A stretch of DNA of 45,612 nt from Nitrosopumilaceae archaeon (lineage in GTDB: Archaea > Thermoproteota > Nitrososphaeria > Nitrososphaerales > Nitrosopumilaceae): the NCBI GenBank assembly GCA_965200155.1, contig CBDATR010000035.1, forward strand, positions 1-45,612, written 5' to 3'. The notes under the pieces were generated by a model, which saw nothing but the letters and a program-made list of their open reading frames with translations, made no database searches and was not told the DNA's origin. The position numbers were made by a program, and so were the translations under genes. Positions 1 to 11,455 of this stretch are shown piece after piece (the first letter of the stretch is position 1; each line of letters opens with the position of its first letter).

Positions 1-594
1 TCTACCTCAATTTGCGCGGACGGTTAGCAGGTATTCCGGTTTACGTCGTTGTCAAGTTTTATTCGAGCGGGATCGATATAGAATCCCATATGCGCCCAGA
101 TGTAATCAAACCGGCGGTACTCCCTGGTAACCGTCCATATGAACTCCTACATAATATTACCAACACAGGAAATGACATGTTCAAGGAATCCTGTAGTTAC
201 GCGATTCCCTTGCATATCCTTGAAGCGGGTATATCACGGAATCTTTGTCTCAATTCACCACTCACGAGCACTTGACTCAATGTGCATTTCTGCATAGAGT
301 TCCGGCACCCATGTTAAAGGTGGGATTCCATCGTGAAATGCACGACCGGGAATCATACCCCGGTTTATACAATACCCTTCTCGCGCTTGATATCCGCTAT
401 CTCGGCTTCCACACGGTGCATGTTGCTGGATATCCTTCGGAACAATGCAACAAAACTTCTTACGGCCTCACCGGACTCGCCGCTCAGATGACTATATTTC
501 GACTCATACTCATCAATCAGTCTATCTCCTTGCTCTAGTGTCACAGAATAGAATGGTTCAAATGAGTATAAAAACACAGGTTAACATAACATTT
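1..594 (-). pseudogene. decayed IS66-family transposase remnant with degenerate left end
   Basis: 1-170 aligns, with many small deletions, to the IS66 copy at about 955-1240; ACACAGGTTAACATAAC at about 574-590 resembles the MITE/IS end ACACAGGTGAACTCATAC. Confidence 0.55.
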
Positions 595-1528
595 GTATGA
601 GTTCACGTGTTTTGATCACATAATAAGATAGAATGCATCCCAGTTTTTTTAATTATAACTGCATTCTGGCAGCAACCTCGTTCATAACAGAAAGGCCTTG
701 AGCCCTCCATGTCTGAACACATATGGACATGCGGCGCATTGCCCTTTCGCCACCCTTTATCTGACCACTAATCTTGCGGAATACCACTGCGTATCAGAAC
801 CGGTTCCACTGCTCCGCTGGATTGTTGGTGGGCTCTACACAGTCATATTCTAAGAATACGAACATGCATGGTATGGCCTTATTCAATCCTTTTACCTTCT
901 TTTGTAGTTCAGTATCATCAACATCACAGTACTGATGCAGAATGGATTCTGCTCCTGTCTCAAATGAGTGTCGTAATTGCGCGGACGGCCCGCAGTGATT
1001 CAGGGATTCCCGTGCGCTCCGGAACAATCCTTTCAGGTCGTTGTCAAGTTTGATCCGGGCGTCCTGAGCACCGGGATCAATATAGAATCCTGCATGTAAT
1101 GCCTGGGTATCGCGCAGTAAATGCACCCAACACAACTGGTGCTTCCCACCGTCATCAAACCGGCGATACACAACGTACCTGTCTGTGACTATCGCACCAT
1201 GGTAACCGTTCAGGTATTTGTTCACTACATTTGAACTCCTACTTTTGTCATATATGGACATCATCCACTCTTCGGCCCGCATCCCCCATACCCAACCACG
1301 CCTACCCGCCAGTGATATACCAGTTTCGTCCACATGAATGCTGGGTGATTTTATTATATTCTCATGAATTGTTTCCATAAATGATTCACATGCATCGGCG
1401 GCCCTGGCAATTATGTTGTTTACTGCACCCACCGATATATTTAGGCCGAAGAGATCCTTCGAAATTACAGGTATGCGTTTTATTGGAATCTTTTCCGCAC
1501 GCAATGCAGTGATGGCACCACATAATTG
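595..1528 (-). mobile_element. IS66-family element: right end plus 5'-truncated, prematurely stopped transposase
   Basis: IHVDETG, VTDRYVVY, QLCWVHLLRD and PTNNPAE motifs; terminal GTATGAGTTCACGTGTTTTGATCA at 595; the reading frame continues past the TGA at 794-796 as YAVVFRKISGQIKGG; cut by a MITE at 1529. Confidence 0.9.
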
Positions 1529-1620
1529 GTATGAGTTCACGTCTTCCGGAATCTTGTACACAAATCACATTAACTGTCGCGATCAGTTGTGCGTAAATTT
1601 AGACACAGGTGAACTCATAC
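1529..1620 (+). mobile_element. 92-bp IS66-derived MITE (no TSD)
   Basis: 12-bp TIR GTATGAGTTCAC/GTGAACTCATAC; flanks CATAATTG and CCGCATGG differ. Confidence 0.95.
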
Positions 1621-1640
1621 CCGCATGGTGCCGGAAGATT

Positions 1641-1739
1641 GTATGAGTTCACGTCTTCCGGAATCTTGTGCACAAAAGAACCTGTTCTTTAACTGTCGCG
1701 ATCAGTTGTGCGTAAATTTAGACACAGGCGAACTCATAC
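1641..1739 (+). mobile_element. MITE variant (99 bp), left arm of composite 1641-2335
   Basis: Same ends; internal AGAACCTGTTCT replaces TCACA; left flank GGAAGATT. Confidence 0.93.
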
Positions 1740-1932
1740 ACACAATCAGTCAAGCATGAACAATGTTAATGGCACCTGCCAGCACTAACGTATGCCGTGA
1801 TTGCAAATGTCGTGTAGTGGGGTGACCGGATCTTGATGACGTATATTATGAGTGAGCTAAATGGTTACCACAAAACCCATTAATTTAGTGGATTTTCTGA
1901 TAAGTAATATTCGAATTATAATAACACGGAAA

Positions 1933-2204
1933 TTATGGACAGATATTTTTCAAGAATTTCTTGTACCTGGTATGCTTGTGCATAATGTGTAAATTATGCA
2001 ACCCGGATACTACGAGTAGATCTTCCCGGAATTCCTCACGACTACCATCATATACCTGACTTAATCTACGATATACCTTTGGCATTCGAATTACATGCTC
2101 GATTAATATGCGCCTTTTTGATACATATTGGTTGTATTTCCTTTCAGTTTTAGTGAGTGATTCCCTACCCCTGTATGGAATTATGACCTTTGCGCCGGGT
2201 AGAA
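1933..2204 (-). pseudogene. IS5-family (ISL2/DDE_Tnp_4-type) transposase C-terminal fragment
   Basis: LTKTERKYNQYVSKRRILIEHVI...VSGLHN pattern; second copy at about 6585-6890; 5' side cut by an IS66 end at 2205. Confidence 0.75.
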
Positions 2205-2243
2205 GTATGAGTTCACGTGTTTTGATCATTCACTAAGATATAG
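2205..2243. mobile_element. solo IS66 right-end fragment
   Basis: GTATGAGTTCACGTGTTTTGATCA, identical to the ends at 595, 2924 and 3708. Confidence 0.8.
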
Positions 2244-2335
2244 GTATGAGTTCACGTCTTCCGGAATCTTATGCACAAATCACATTAACTGTCGCGATCA
2301 GTTATGCGTAAATTTAGACACAGGTGAACTCATAC
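2244..2335 (+). mobile_element. 92-bp MITE, right arm of composite 1641-2335
   Basis: Full TIRs; right flank GGAAGATT matches the left flank of the 1641 copy. Confidence 0.95.
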
Positions 2336-2923
2336 GGAAGATTTGTTAAACAGGCATGGTTCTTTGATAACTATGAAAAATGCCCCGAGATAGTTGGATA
2401 TGAAGCAGAGATATTATTTAATGCACATATCAAAGGTTATTCAGGAAAAATATTTCATGATATTGGCTTTGAGCATGTGGACCAATTGGGCCACAGTCAT
2501 AATTTCTCAGAATTCGGTCAAGGAATGAGGGCAGTAGGCTATCATCCTCTTTTTGCAATTGTAAGATGTTTTTCACATTTTTTCTAAATCAGATATTAGT
2601 AAGAGAGGTGTTTTAAACATGTTTTGGTAGTACTGTACATACAGACCAGAAAAAAGTGGACATTATTCTCAATTTCCAGATGAAACAAGACAAAAAATAA
2701 AAGAATATCAGTTAAGACTAATGAAAAATAAAATAAAAAGTAAAATTGGATTGTGACAATTTGATAGACCAGAAATGGTGAGTTTACGTGTTTTGATCAT
2801 TCACTAAGATGGAGAATATGCAAAATCAGGCAAATCATCAATTTTCTAAAACATTTCTAAGTGGAATTATTCCAGCTAATATGATGCCCAAATTTAAGAC
2901 GCCCACTAAAGAGATAAAGCATC

Positions 2924-3677
2924 GTATGAGTTCACGTGTTTTGATCACATAATAAGATAGAATGCATCCAAGTTTTTTAATTATAATTGCATTCTGGCAG
3001 CAACCTCGTTCATTACAGAAAGGCCCTGAGCCCTCCATGTCTGAACACATATGGACATGCGGCGCATTACACCCTTTATCTAACCACTAATGTTTCCGGA
3101 ATACCACTGCGTATCAGAACCGGTTCCACTGCTCTATTGGTGGGCTCCACATATAGGAATACGAACATGCCTTTATTCAATCCCTTCTGTAGTTCAGTAT
3201 CATTAATGTAGAATGGATTCTGCTCCTGCCTCAATTTGCGCGGATGGCCCACAGCGATTCACATGCGCTCCGGATCAAATCGTTGTCAAGTTTGATCCAG
3301 GCGTCCTGAGCACCGGGATCAATATAGAATCCTGCAATCTGGGTATCGCGCAATAAATGCACCCAGCTGGTGCTTCCCACCGTCATCAAACCGGCGGTAC
3401 ACTCTATGTGACTATCGCACCATGGTAACCGTTAAGGTATTTGTTCACTACATTTGAACTCCTACTTTTGTATATCATCCACTCTTCGGCCCGCATATCC
3501 AGCCACGCCTACCCACCATACCAGTTTCGTCCACATGAATGCTGGGTGATTTTTTCATGAATTGTTTCCATAAATGATTCACATGCATCAGCTTGTTTAC
3601 TGCACCCAATACAGACCGAAGAGATCCTTCGAAATTACAGGTATGCGTTTTATTGGAATCTTTTCCGCACGTAATGT
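2924..3677 (-). mobile_element. second IS66 copy with many microdeletions
   Basis: Colinear with 595-1505, starting from the same right end. Confidence 0.9.
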
Positions 3678-3707
3678 AACACATCTCAAAATCACCACTC
3701 TTTGGGA

Positions 3708-4086
3708 GTATGAGTTCACGTGTTTTGATCATACGATGAAACTTGATATGACAATATTTGCCTAAATTGTAATATGAGCAGACGCCGGGCCATGAGGAAC
3801 TACAAATCTCCGGGATACCCTTGTGTCTACCAAGAGAGATCTTGCACACTACAAGGAACGTGTAAGAAGCAGGCATAACATAGAAAAAATGCGTTTAGAA
3901 ATTATGTAAATGAATTGGAAGGAAAACAGGGGAAAATTACGGTAATCACGGCTCGGCTTATATGAGAATGCTCACTCTCCACCATCCCTACAGTACAAGC
4001 ATGAGGATACTATAAGAATGCAGTTAAAATTAAAAAACTTGGATGCATTCTATCATATCACATGATCAAAACACGTGAACTCATAC
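3708..4086. mobile_element. 379-bp segment bounded by two inverted IS66 right ends
   Basis: GTATGAGTTCACGTGTTTTGATCAT at 3708 and its reverse complement ending at 4086; no TSD seen. Confidence 0.65.
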
Positions 4087-4243
4087 GAATTTATTCCTAG
4101 ATATTAGCAGTAGATTCTGTACATTTTATGTTTGAGAACTGATGATTTGTCTGATTCTGCATATTCTCTATAATTCATCTTAAGACATACTATCTGAATG
4201 CGTATCGTGTAAACTAGTGTGTTAAGAGTTTGTAGATTAAAAA

Positions 4244-5941
4244 TTACATTCCCATACCGGGCATGCCACCCATTCCGCCCATGCCACCCATACCGGGCAT
4301 ACCGCCCATCTCATCCATTCCACCCTCGCCACCTGGGGGTGGTCCGGCAGACTTTGCGGTGGTAATTACATCGTCGATACGTAGCAACATACATGCTGCC
4401 TCGGATGCGGCCATTACTACTTGAAGCTTAACCGAGAGTGGCTCGATAATCTCACTATTCTGCATGTCTGCAACACTGCCCTTCATGACATCAATTCCAG
4501 TCCATCGTTCACCTCTTAATTGTCGAGCTCGAAGTGTCGCCAAGGTGTCGATGGGATCCATACCTGCGTTTTCAGCCAATGCTAATGGTATTGATTCCAT
4601 ACTGTCGGCAAACTTCTCTGCGGCCAACTGCTCCCTACCATCCAAGGAATTGGTCCAGTTTCGTAGACCTGTTGCCGCATATGTCTCTGGTGCGCCACCA
4701 CCTGCAACAATTGATGGTTTAAGCATTACGTCTCGTACCACCATCAAAGAGTCATGAATGGAACGATCTACTTCATCCACAACGCGCTGAGAGCCTCCTC
4801 GCACCAGAACACTAACCGATTTGGGATTCTTACACCCGCGTATAAACACCCACTTGTCTTCTTCTATCTTTCGCTCCTCTACTAGCTCTGCAGAACCAAG
4901 TTGTATGTTTGCGAGATCGTCTAGATTTGTTACAATCTTTGTTCCTGTAGCTCTGGACAACTTTGACAAATCACTCTCCTTAATACGACGTACGGCCATA
5001 ACTCCGGCTTTTGCCAGGTAGTGCTGGGCCATATCGTCTATTCCTTTCTGGCACAGTACCACATTGACTCCACAGGCAATTATCTTGTCGACCATAGATT
5101 TGAGCATGCGGTTCTCTTCATCTAAGAATACCTTCAGTTGTTGGGGGTTGGAGATGTTTATCTTTGCATCTGTCTCTGTCTTGTTTATTTCCAACGCCGA
5201 ATTTATCAGAGCTATCTTTGCATCTGATATCTCACGCGGCATTCCTCCGTGAACTATCTCCTTGTCCAGAATCATGCCTCGTACTATCTCGGAATCCTTT
5301 ATGGAGCCGCCTGCCTTCTTGTCAACTTTTATGTCGTCTATATCAACATCATAATTTTCGCCATCCTTTTCTGCTACAGCAAGCACTGCGTCCACCACTA
5401 TTTCAGATAGATGGGCAGAATCATTACGAACAAGTTTGGTCTGCATGGCAGTACGCGCTACCTTCTTGAGAATTTCCCGGTCGTCCGCAAATGTGGTCTC
5501 TGCTATCTCTGCCAAAAATGCACTGGCCTGTTTGGCCGCCTTGCGGTATCCATCCACGATTATTGTGGGGTGTACTTCTTGGTTCACAAGCGACTCTGCA
5601 TTTTCCAATAATGCACCTGCAAGAACCACAGCTGATGTAGTCCCGTCGCCTACCTCGTTGTCAGTGGTTTTTGATATCTCTACCAACATCTTTGCAGCAG
5701 GATGTTGAACATCTATCTCCTTTAGGATTGTGGCACCATCATTTGTTATAGTGACATCACCCAGTGAATCCACTAGCATCTTGTCCATACCTCGTGGACC
5801 CAGGCTACTGCGTACTATTTCCGCAATTATTTTTGATGCGGCAATATTGTTTTTGTGCGCATCCCGACCTTTTGTTTCAGTGGATCCGTCCTTTAGTAGG
5901 ACTACTGGCATTTTTCCCTGTGATGCAACTTGTACGCTCAT
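4244..5941 (-). CDS. thsB: thermosome (group II chaperonin) subunit, probably beta
   Basis: [24 protein letters not shown] motifs and GGM-rich tail; start moved to MSVQVAS (5941), which has a TATAAAAG box about 30 bp upstream. Confidence 0.96.
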   Translation of the reverse strand: MSVQVASQGKMPVVLLKDGSTETKGRDAHKNNIAASKIIAEIVRSSLGPRGMDKMLVDSLGDVTITNDGATILKEIDVQHPAAKMLVEISKTTDNEVGDGTTSAVVLAGALLENAESLVNQEVHPTIIVDGYRKAAKQASAFLAEIAETTFADDREILKKVARTAMQTKLVRNDSAHLSEIVVDAVLAVAEKDGENYDVDIDDIKVDKKAGGSIKDSEIVRGMILDKEIVHGGMPREISDAKIALINSALEINKTETDAKINISNPQQLKVFLDEENRMLKSMVDKIIACGVNVVLCQKGIDDMAQHYLAKAGVMAVRRIKESDLSKLSRATGTKIVTNLDDLANIQLGSAELVEERKIEEDKWVFIRGCKNPKSVSVLVRGGSQRVVDEVDRSIHDSLMVVRDVMLKPSIVAGGGAPETYAATGLRNWTNSLDGREQLAAEKFADSMESIPLALAENAGMDPIDTLATLRARQLRGERWTGIDVMKGSVADMQNSEIIEPLSVKLQVVMAASEAACMLLRIDDVITTAKSAGPPPGGEGGMDEMGGMPGMGGMGGMGGMPGMGM

Positions 5942-6486
5942 ATTTTTGCTGCGTGATAGCCACCTTTTATATCTTATCATTTTTTGAATTAAAACCGCGT
6001 CTATATGCATTAGAGTATAGTATAAAATTTAGACTCGAAATTACTACTAAATTCGTCTACCCGACGTATGTTATCGTGTACAAATGTCTGTCAGATATTA
6101 GTGAATTATTTTTGTTGCCTGCATGCCGCATCTATACTGTAGATTTGTCCGCTGTTGACCGCCCGGAGACTAAGTGGGAGTTAATCCATGAGGTTAATGG
6201 ACAGGCATGGTGCTGTAGACCTTATGCGCATGATTGACATCAGGTCGCTCCAAATTCGGGTGTATTTTATGACACATAAACATGAACAAACAAGGTACGT
6301 AATAGTCCAACCAGTGGACTATTGGAATAATAGTACTAACCAGTGGAATTGGTGCCCAACAGCCCTAGCGTGTGTTACAAATGTCCTGCTGTGAATTAAC
6401 CTGATTTATTGTGTATTGCTTGAGCGACGTAAATGGTTACCACATTCGTGTATTTCCTGATCTTGAGTATCATGGACGCCTATGGA

Positions 6487-6578
6487 GTATGAGTTCACGT
6501 CTTCCAGAATCTTGTGCACAAATCACATTAACTGTCGCGATCAGTTGTGCGTAAATTTAGACACAGGTGAACTCATAC
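6487..6578 (+). mobile_element. 92-bp MITE
   Basis: TIRs plus 8-bp TSD CCTATGGA. Confidence 0.97.
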
Positions 6579-6725
6579 CCTATGGATTCAGGAATTTCTT
6601 GTTATAATGTGCAGGTTATACAATCCGGATACTACAATTAGATCTTCCCGGAATTCATCACGACTACCATTTAGTATGCGGATGACATGCTCGATTAATA
6701 CGCGCGGACATATTGGTTGTATTTC

Positions 6726-6817
6726 GTATGAGTTCACGTCTTCCGGAATCTTATGCACAAATCACATTAACTGTCGCGATCAGTTATACGTAGATTTAGA
6801 CACAGGTGAACTCATAC
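6726..6817 (+). mobile_element. 92-bp MITE
   Basis: TIRs plus 8-bp TSD TGTATTTC. Confidence 0.97.
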
Positions 6818-6895
6818 TGTATTTCTTTTCAGTGTTAGTGAGTGATTCTCTACCCTTGTTTGGAATTATGACCTTTGCGCCGGCTAACAAACCTT

Positions 6896-7005
6896 TCGTA
6901 GGAGTTCATATGTAGTGGACAAATACCTGAACGGTTACAATGGAGCGATAGTCAGAGTCCGCCGGTTTGATGACGGTGGGAAGCACCATCTGGGCGCATT
7001 TACTG
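6896..7005 (+). pseudogene. IS66 transposase internal fragment
   Basis: Matches the reverse complement of about 1115-1245 (DKYLNGYNGAIV; RRFDDGGKH). Confidence 0.75.
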
Positions 7006-7097
7006 GTATGAGTTCACCTGCGTCTAAATTTACGCATAACTGATCGCGACAGTTAATGTGATTTGTGCATAAGATTCCGGAAGACGTGAACTCATAC
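7006..7097 (-). mobile_element. 92-bp MITE (no TSD) at a rearrangement junction
   Basis: TIRs; flanks ATTTACTG and TATGGCCT differ; joins the IS66 fragment to the truncated helicase gene. Confidence 0.95.
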
Positions 7098-9150
7098 TAT
7101 GGCCTGAATGGTTACATCCTCTGTCACAGAGTCATTGATCAAACTCTTCAATCCATCATGGAATAGAGCAACCTCATTACGGGTTGTTTCATTATGTGTA
7201 ATTCTATTCCGGAGACGTGCCTCTATAGTTCTGGTCGTGTAACCGAGTCTCTTTCCATACTTGTCATAGTAATTGATGTCACCGACTTTCTCTACCAGCT
7301 TTGATTTTATCTTGGTGAACAGTTATGACTTCAGGCTTGTAGTCCTCTGCCCCCAGTATAGATGCATTGGGGTGGGATTCGTATTATCACCATTCTTGTC
7401 CAGATTGAGTCGGTTTATTTCATCACCAAAACTCTCATCATGGGAGCGCAGGGCATTTAATACCTGCCACACCACCTTGAACGTTTTATTATCATTCAGT
7501 GCCTCATGGAACTCTATACCAGCTGGCAAGGCCACCGGTAATATGACATAGCCGTACTCTTTTCCAGGCGATTTCCTCATCACTCTACCCACCGATTGAA
7601 CGACATCCACTCTAGACTTGCGGGGGTTCAGGAATATGATGCCATCAAGAGCGGGAACATCCACACCTTCTGACAGACACTTTGCATTACTCAGTATCCT
7701 ACAAGTATTGGAGTCGGTCTCCTTATTATCGTCCAGCCACTGTATATTCTTCCACCTCTCAAGAGCCTTGGTATCGCCGTCCACATGACGGATTTGTACC
7801 ATATGGCCTGTGCGGATACCCGTAATTCATACTGCTCTACTATCGTTCCAAGGCTCCTGTCATGTCCGATATCATCTGTTTTATCACCTGCAAACATCTT
7901 GGAGCGATCTATTCGATTGGTAAAGGCTATCACCTTTTTCAATAGTCGCGGTTTCTTTTCATCATCGGGATGATTCAAACCGTGCCAGACAGCTGCTAGT
8001 AATGTTCTCTCATCTAGCGGCATCTCCAAGTCGCCCGTACTAGAATGGTTTTGAATAGATATTGACTGCTGGAAATCCTTGTCGGCTGGAACGATTGCTA
8101 TTTTGACACGGAAATCAGAGAGTATTCCCTTGCGAACTGCATCCGGAAATGTCAAATTATAGAAAACGGGCCCGAATCGTTCCTCAACCATGGAATAGAC
8201 TAGCTTCCCCATCTTGGCTTTTATGACATCACTATACACGCGAGGCGTAGCGGTCATGTACAGTCGCTTCTTGCCGGGAACACTCTTGTGTACTTTAGTA
8301 AAGAATGACTTGTCTTCCACGCCGGTTGTTCTATGAGCCTCATCGGCTAGAATCAGATCAAACCATTCTTCTGACATAGCCTTCTTGACTACATCTAATG
8401 AATGGTATGTGGAAAAAATAACGGTCATAACCTGCTTATTCAGTGACTCCTGTAATTTGGAATAATCTGTTGTAACCTTGGACTCTAACTCTGTGATATA
8501 GGCATCCTCACCAGTTGACTCATCAGAGCACACTGCAATGTAGTTATGCGGTATATTGGCATTATCGGACCATGACCTCATACTTTGCAGTATCAATGAG
8601 ATGGAGGGAACCGCGTACAAGACCAACCCGCCAGTACCGGCGTGTTTTTCCGCTATACGGAGTGATGTTAGTGTCTTGCCAGTGCCACAGGCCATGAGTA
8701 GCTTGCCCCGGTCATTATCACCAAATCCTTTCAATACGGCCTGAACGGCTTCTTTCTGGTGTGGAAATAATTCCTTTGGTTGTTTCTTCTTCATTCTCGG
8801 GAATTGCTCCCAGTCAATGATGTCTGAATCTATAATGGAACAGCCAGAATCCCGTATCACCTTCTCGGCATTTCTGGTTATCACATCACCAGTATCTTGT
8901 TTGGTATATCCATGGAGGCGGCCTTGGCCAGGAATGTTGATACCGACTTTATGTGTGGTTTTCTCATCATAACACTTGCATTGAATGGCAGAGAGCCATC
9001 TTTACTCTCGGCGACCAAGTCTATACCAGTATCACTACCATCCCGCCCCGGCCACTCATTCTTGAAGCTATTCTGGTATAGTGAGTCTTGTTAACTTCTT
9101 GAAACGGTCTCCCAGCTCCTTCACCGTTCCTGTTCTAGTATGTCTTCAAT
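7098..9150 (-). pseudogene. Mrr-like nuclease/SF2 helicase restriction protein (Type ISP-like), frameshifted and 3'-truncated
   Basis: DTGIDLVA nuclease motif at about 9005-9035; MACGTGKT, DEAHRT, MTATP, LSEGVDVPALD and QSVGRVMR; split into ORFs 7691-8884 and 7323-7802. Confidence 0.85.
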
Positions 9151-9230
9151 GCGATTTTGGTGTTTGATTATGTTTAAGTCTACACTCTTGTATATACTAA
9201 AGCCACCACTACAAGACTATTCCATAACCA

Positions 9231-10076
9231 CTAACCCTTACATGCATGAATGCCAAACCACTCCCCCATGTAACCTAGCTGCACTGGAATAATTTCTCCA
9301 TTTATTACCACATCCACGATTTCACCGGGCTCCCTGTCATAGAGTATATTGAATGGTTCCCGGCCGTCAACAGACTCTATTACATCACCGGCCGCTACAA
9401 CATGAGAGACTCTCTCCCTAACACTTCTTACAACATTATGATCAATCATAACCCCAATACAGCCGGGTGTATAGGAACCATATTCATCCACTGATTTTAC
9501 AACCGATGTTATAATGTAGTGTGGAATGGCGAACGACAACCCGTCACCGGCTGCACTCATTGCCACCAATCTACCATTCCCATCAAAGACGGGGCCACCA
9601 CTACTCCCGGAAAATGTTGCCGCATCATGCTGGACGGATACCGGTGCACCCATTCCAGTACTGGATATCACTCCTGCCGTAATGATATATGGCCTGCCGT
9701 CCGGGTGTCCCACAGCATATACTCGTTCCCCGATACCTGCATCAGATAACTCTAACGGCCCCATGTCTGTGTCAGCAGATATTATGGCAACATCAGAGTA
9801 TGGATCAGTAAAGACCACTACTCCATCAATGACATTCCCGTACGAGTCCGTGATTACAGTATGATTGGAAATGCCATGCCTGGTTGTAACGATATAAGAA
9901 TCATCTAGAATGATTCCCGCGGATACGCGCCCCTCGCTATTTATATGGACTGTTCGCTCAAGGAGAGTAGACACCGGTATCATATATGGTTCCTGTGCTA
10001 GATATATGCCCAGCGTCATACCACATAATAATAGAACCACACCACAGGGTAGTAATACAATTCTAGTCTGGATCAC
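9231..10076 (-). CDS. membrane-anchored trypsin-like (S1C/HtrA) serine protease with a PDZ-like C-terminus
   Basis: N-terminal TM segment; triad motifs VTTRHG, DVAII and GSSGGP. Confidence 0.85.
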   Translation of the reverse strand: MIQTRIVLLPCGVVLLLCGMTLGIYLAQEPYMIPVSTLLERTVHINSEGRVSAGIILDDSYIVTTRHGISNHTVITDSYGNVIDGVVVFTDPYSDVAIISADTDMGPLELSDAGIGERVYAVGHPDGRPYIITAGVISSTGMGAPVSVQHDAATFSGSSGGPVFDGNGRLVAMSAAGDGLSFAIPHYIITSVVKSVDEYGSYTPGCIGVMIDHNVVRSVRERVSHVVAAGDVIESVDGREPFNILYDREPGEIVDVVINGEIIPVQLGYMGEWFGIHACKG

Positions 10077-10088
10077 GGTGAGGAGATT

Positions 10089-10114
10089 ACCACTCTCTTA
10101 AAAGGAGCGATCAT
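10089..10114 (-). promoter_or_regulatory. island promoter motif
   Basis: ATGATCGCTCCTTTTAAGAGAGTGGT; TTTTAA starts 27 bp before the protease GTG. Confidence 0.7.
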
Positions 10115-10130
10115 AATCTCATGTGTCCGG

Positions 10131-10490
10131 TTACTCAATATCAATCCCGGCTTTCCTTAACTTGTTAACACCAAAGACTTTCTGCATCTCATATCTCACA
10201 TTAACACTGCCCCACTCCCACATATCTTCCAGGTCTATATTATCTCCAACTTTCTGGTATCCCAATTCCTCCAGCATCATTCTCTTGGAATGATCCCCAC
10301 ACCACTTCCATAGTTGTTCAATACCTATGGCGTCGGCGACATCCTTGTAACCGACCTCTCTTAGGACCCATCTCTGCTCCATTCTCTCATGGCACGTGTT
10401 CCATATTTCATCAAGGGTGTACGTGTTTCCGGGGACCAGCATTTTGTTGAAGATATCTAATCTTCTATATCTTTTCATGTTTAGTATCAT
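10131..10490 (-). CDS. hypothetical protein with an internal repeat
   Basis: Open 119-aa ORF; LREVGY..V.D.I..E.LW.W and LEELGY..V.D.I..E.MW.W. Confidence 0.7.
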   Translation of the reverse strand: MILNMKRYRRLDIFNKMLVPGNTYTLDEIWNTCHERMEQRWVLREVGYKDVADAIGIEQLWKWCGDHSKRMMLEELGYQKVGDNIDLEDMWEWGSVNVRYEMQKVFGVNKLRKAGIDIE

Positions 10491-10538
10491 TCATGATTAT
10501 ATATATAACCATATAAATTATGGTTGCGCCGCTATAGT

Positions 10539-10563
10539 ATGACCCGCCTTTTAAGGGAGTGAT
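10539..10563 (+). promoter_or_regulatory. island promoter motif upstream of tfb
   Basis: ATGACCCGCCTTTTAAGGGAGTGAT; TTTTAA starts 29 bp before the ATG at 10578. Confidence 0.75.
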
Positions 10564-10577
10564 TCACCGTTCCCGAA

Positions 10578-11405
10578 ATGGTAAAACATTGCGATGACTG
10601 CAAATCACCCATAATGATACATGACACTGAACGGGATGAGTACTATTGTAATTCATGTGGTGTTGTTACGACCGAGCACATGCAAACCGGAGTACGCGCC
10701 GATGAATCCAGTCCCTTTGTTGGTAACTCTACCATCATAGGGAATACAAATAACTCGGTAAAACTACGACGGCTAGACCAGTGGGTTGCAAGAAGTGCCG
10801 TCCGTCCCGCCATATCCCGCTCAAACATGAGCCGACTTAGGGCAATCCATGACAAGCTGAATGTCCCAGAGAGTGTTTATGAGAGGGCCTCCAGCATATA
10901 CAAGACGAGTACATGTGGGAAGCAAAAGGGCCTACAATTAATCATAATGATGACAGCGTGCCTGTACGTAGCCTGCCGGGAGTCCGGGGCACCCAGAACA
11001 CTCCGTGATTTATCCAAGATAACAGGCGTGCCGGTCAAGGGAATCGCAAGGTATAGTAGATGGATAATGAACACGAATCATTCCTCACCATCCCAGTATA
11101 CTTTTCCCGTTCTTATAACGCGGGCCGGAAATACCACCGGCTCCAGTCCCACATGCCAGAGAGTTGCAGCAGAGATGGTAGACAAACTACCTGGCTCATT
11201 CACGTCAGGCAAGAACCCCATGGTGATGGCCGCGGCAGTTCTATGTGTGGCGGCAAGGACGCTGGGAGAAGAGCACTCCACCACTGACCTTGGTGATGCG
11301 TTAATGGTGAGCGCCGCATCCGTACGTACTAGAGCAAAGGAGATAGAGAATCATTTGGGGATACCACTGAATCAGTCATATGAGGGCGCCGATAGACCTC
11401 ACTGA
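10578..11405 (+). CDS. tfb: divergent transcription factor B (TFIIB family) paralog
   Basis: Zn ribbon CDDC/CNSCG; cyclin repeats ACLYVACRESGAPRTL and SGKNPMVMAAAVL. Confidence 0.9.
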   Translation: MVKHCDDCKSPIMIHDTERDEYYCNSCGVVTTEHMQTGVRADESSPFVGNSTIIGNTNNSVKLRRLDQWVARSAVRPAISRSNMSRLRAIHDKLNVPESVYERASSIYKTSTCGKQKGLQLIIMMTACLYVACRESGAPRTLRDLSKITGVPVKGIARYSRWIMNTNHSSPSQYTFPVLITRAGNTTGSSPTCQRVAAEMVDKLPGSFTSGKNPMVMAAAVLCVAARTLGEEHSTTDLGDALMVSAASVRTRAKEIENHLGIPLNQSYEGADRPH

Positions 11406-11455
11406 ATCTGTTTCCTGGCATAAAAAATAAAATACCAACAACCATCATTCAAACC

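Larger units (their letters stand above)
6216..6895 (-). mobile_element. decayed IS5/ISL2-type element with two nested MITEs
   Basis: Homologous to 1790-2200; putative terminus TAGACCTTATGCGCA at 6216. Confidence 0.6.

Noticed and set aside
5942-6010. N-terminal extension of the thermosome
   Set aside because: It overlaps the TATA region; the family-like sequence begins at 5941.
10518-10538. TTATGGTTGCGCCGCTATAGT as a third end of the tnpB element
   Set aside because: It needs an insertion and mismatches and has no adjacent tnpB homology, so it is too weak to call.
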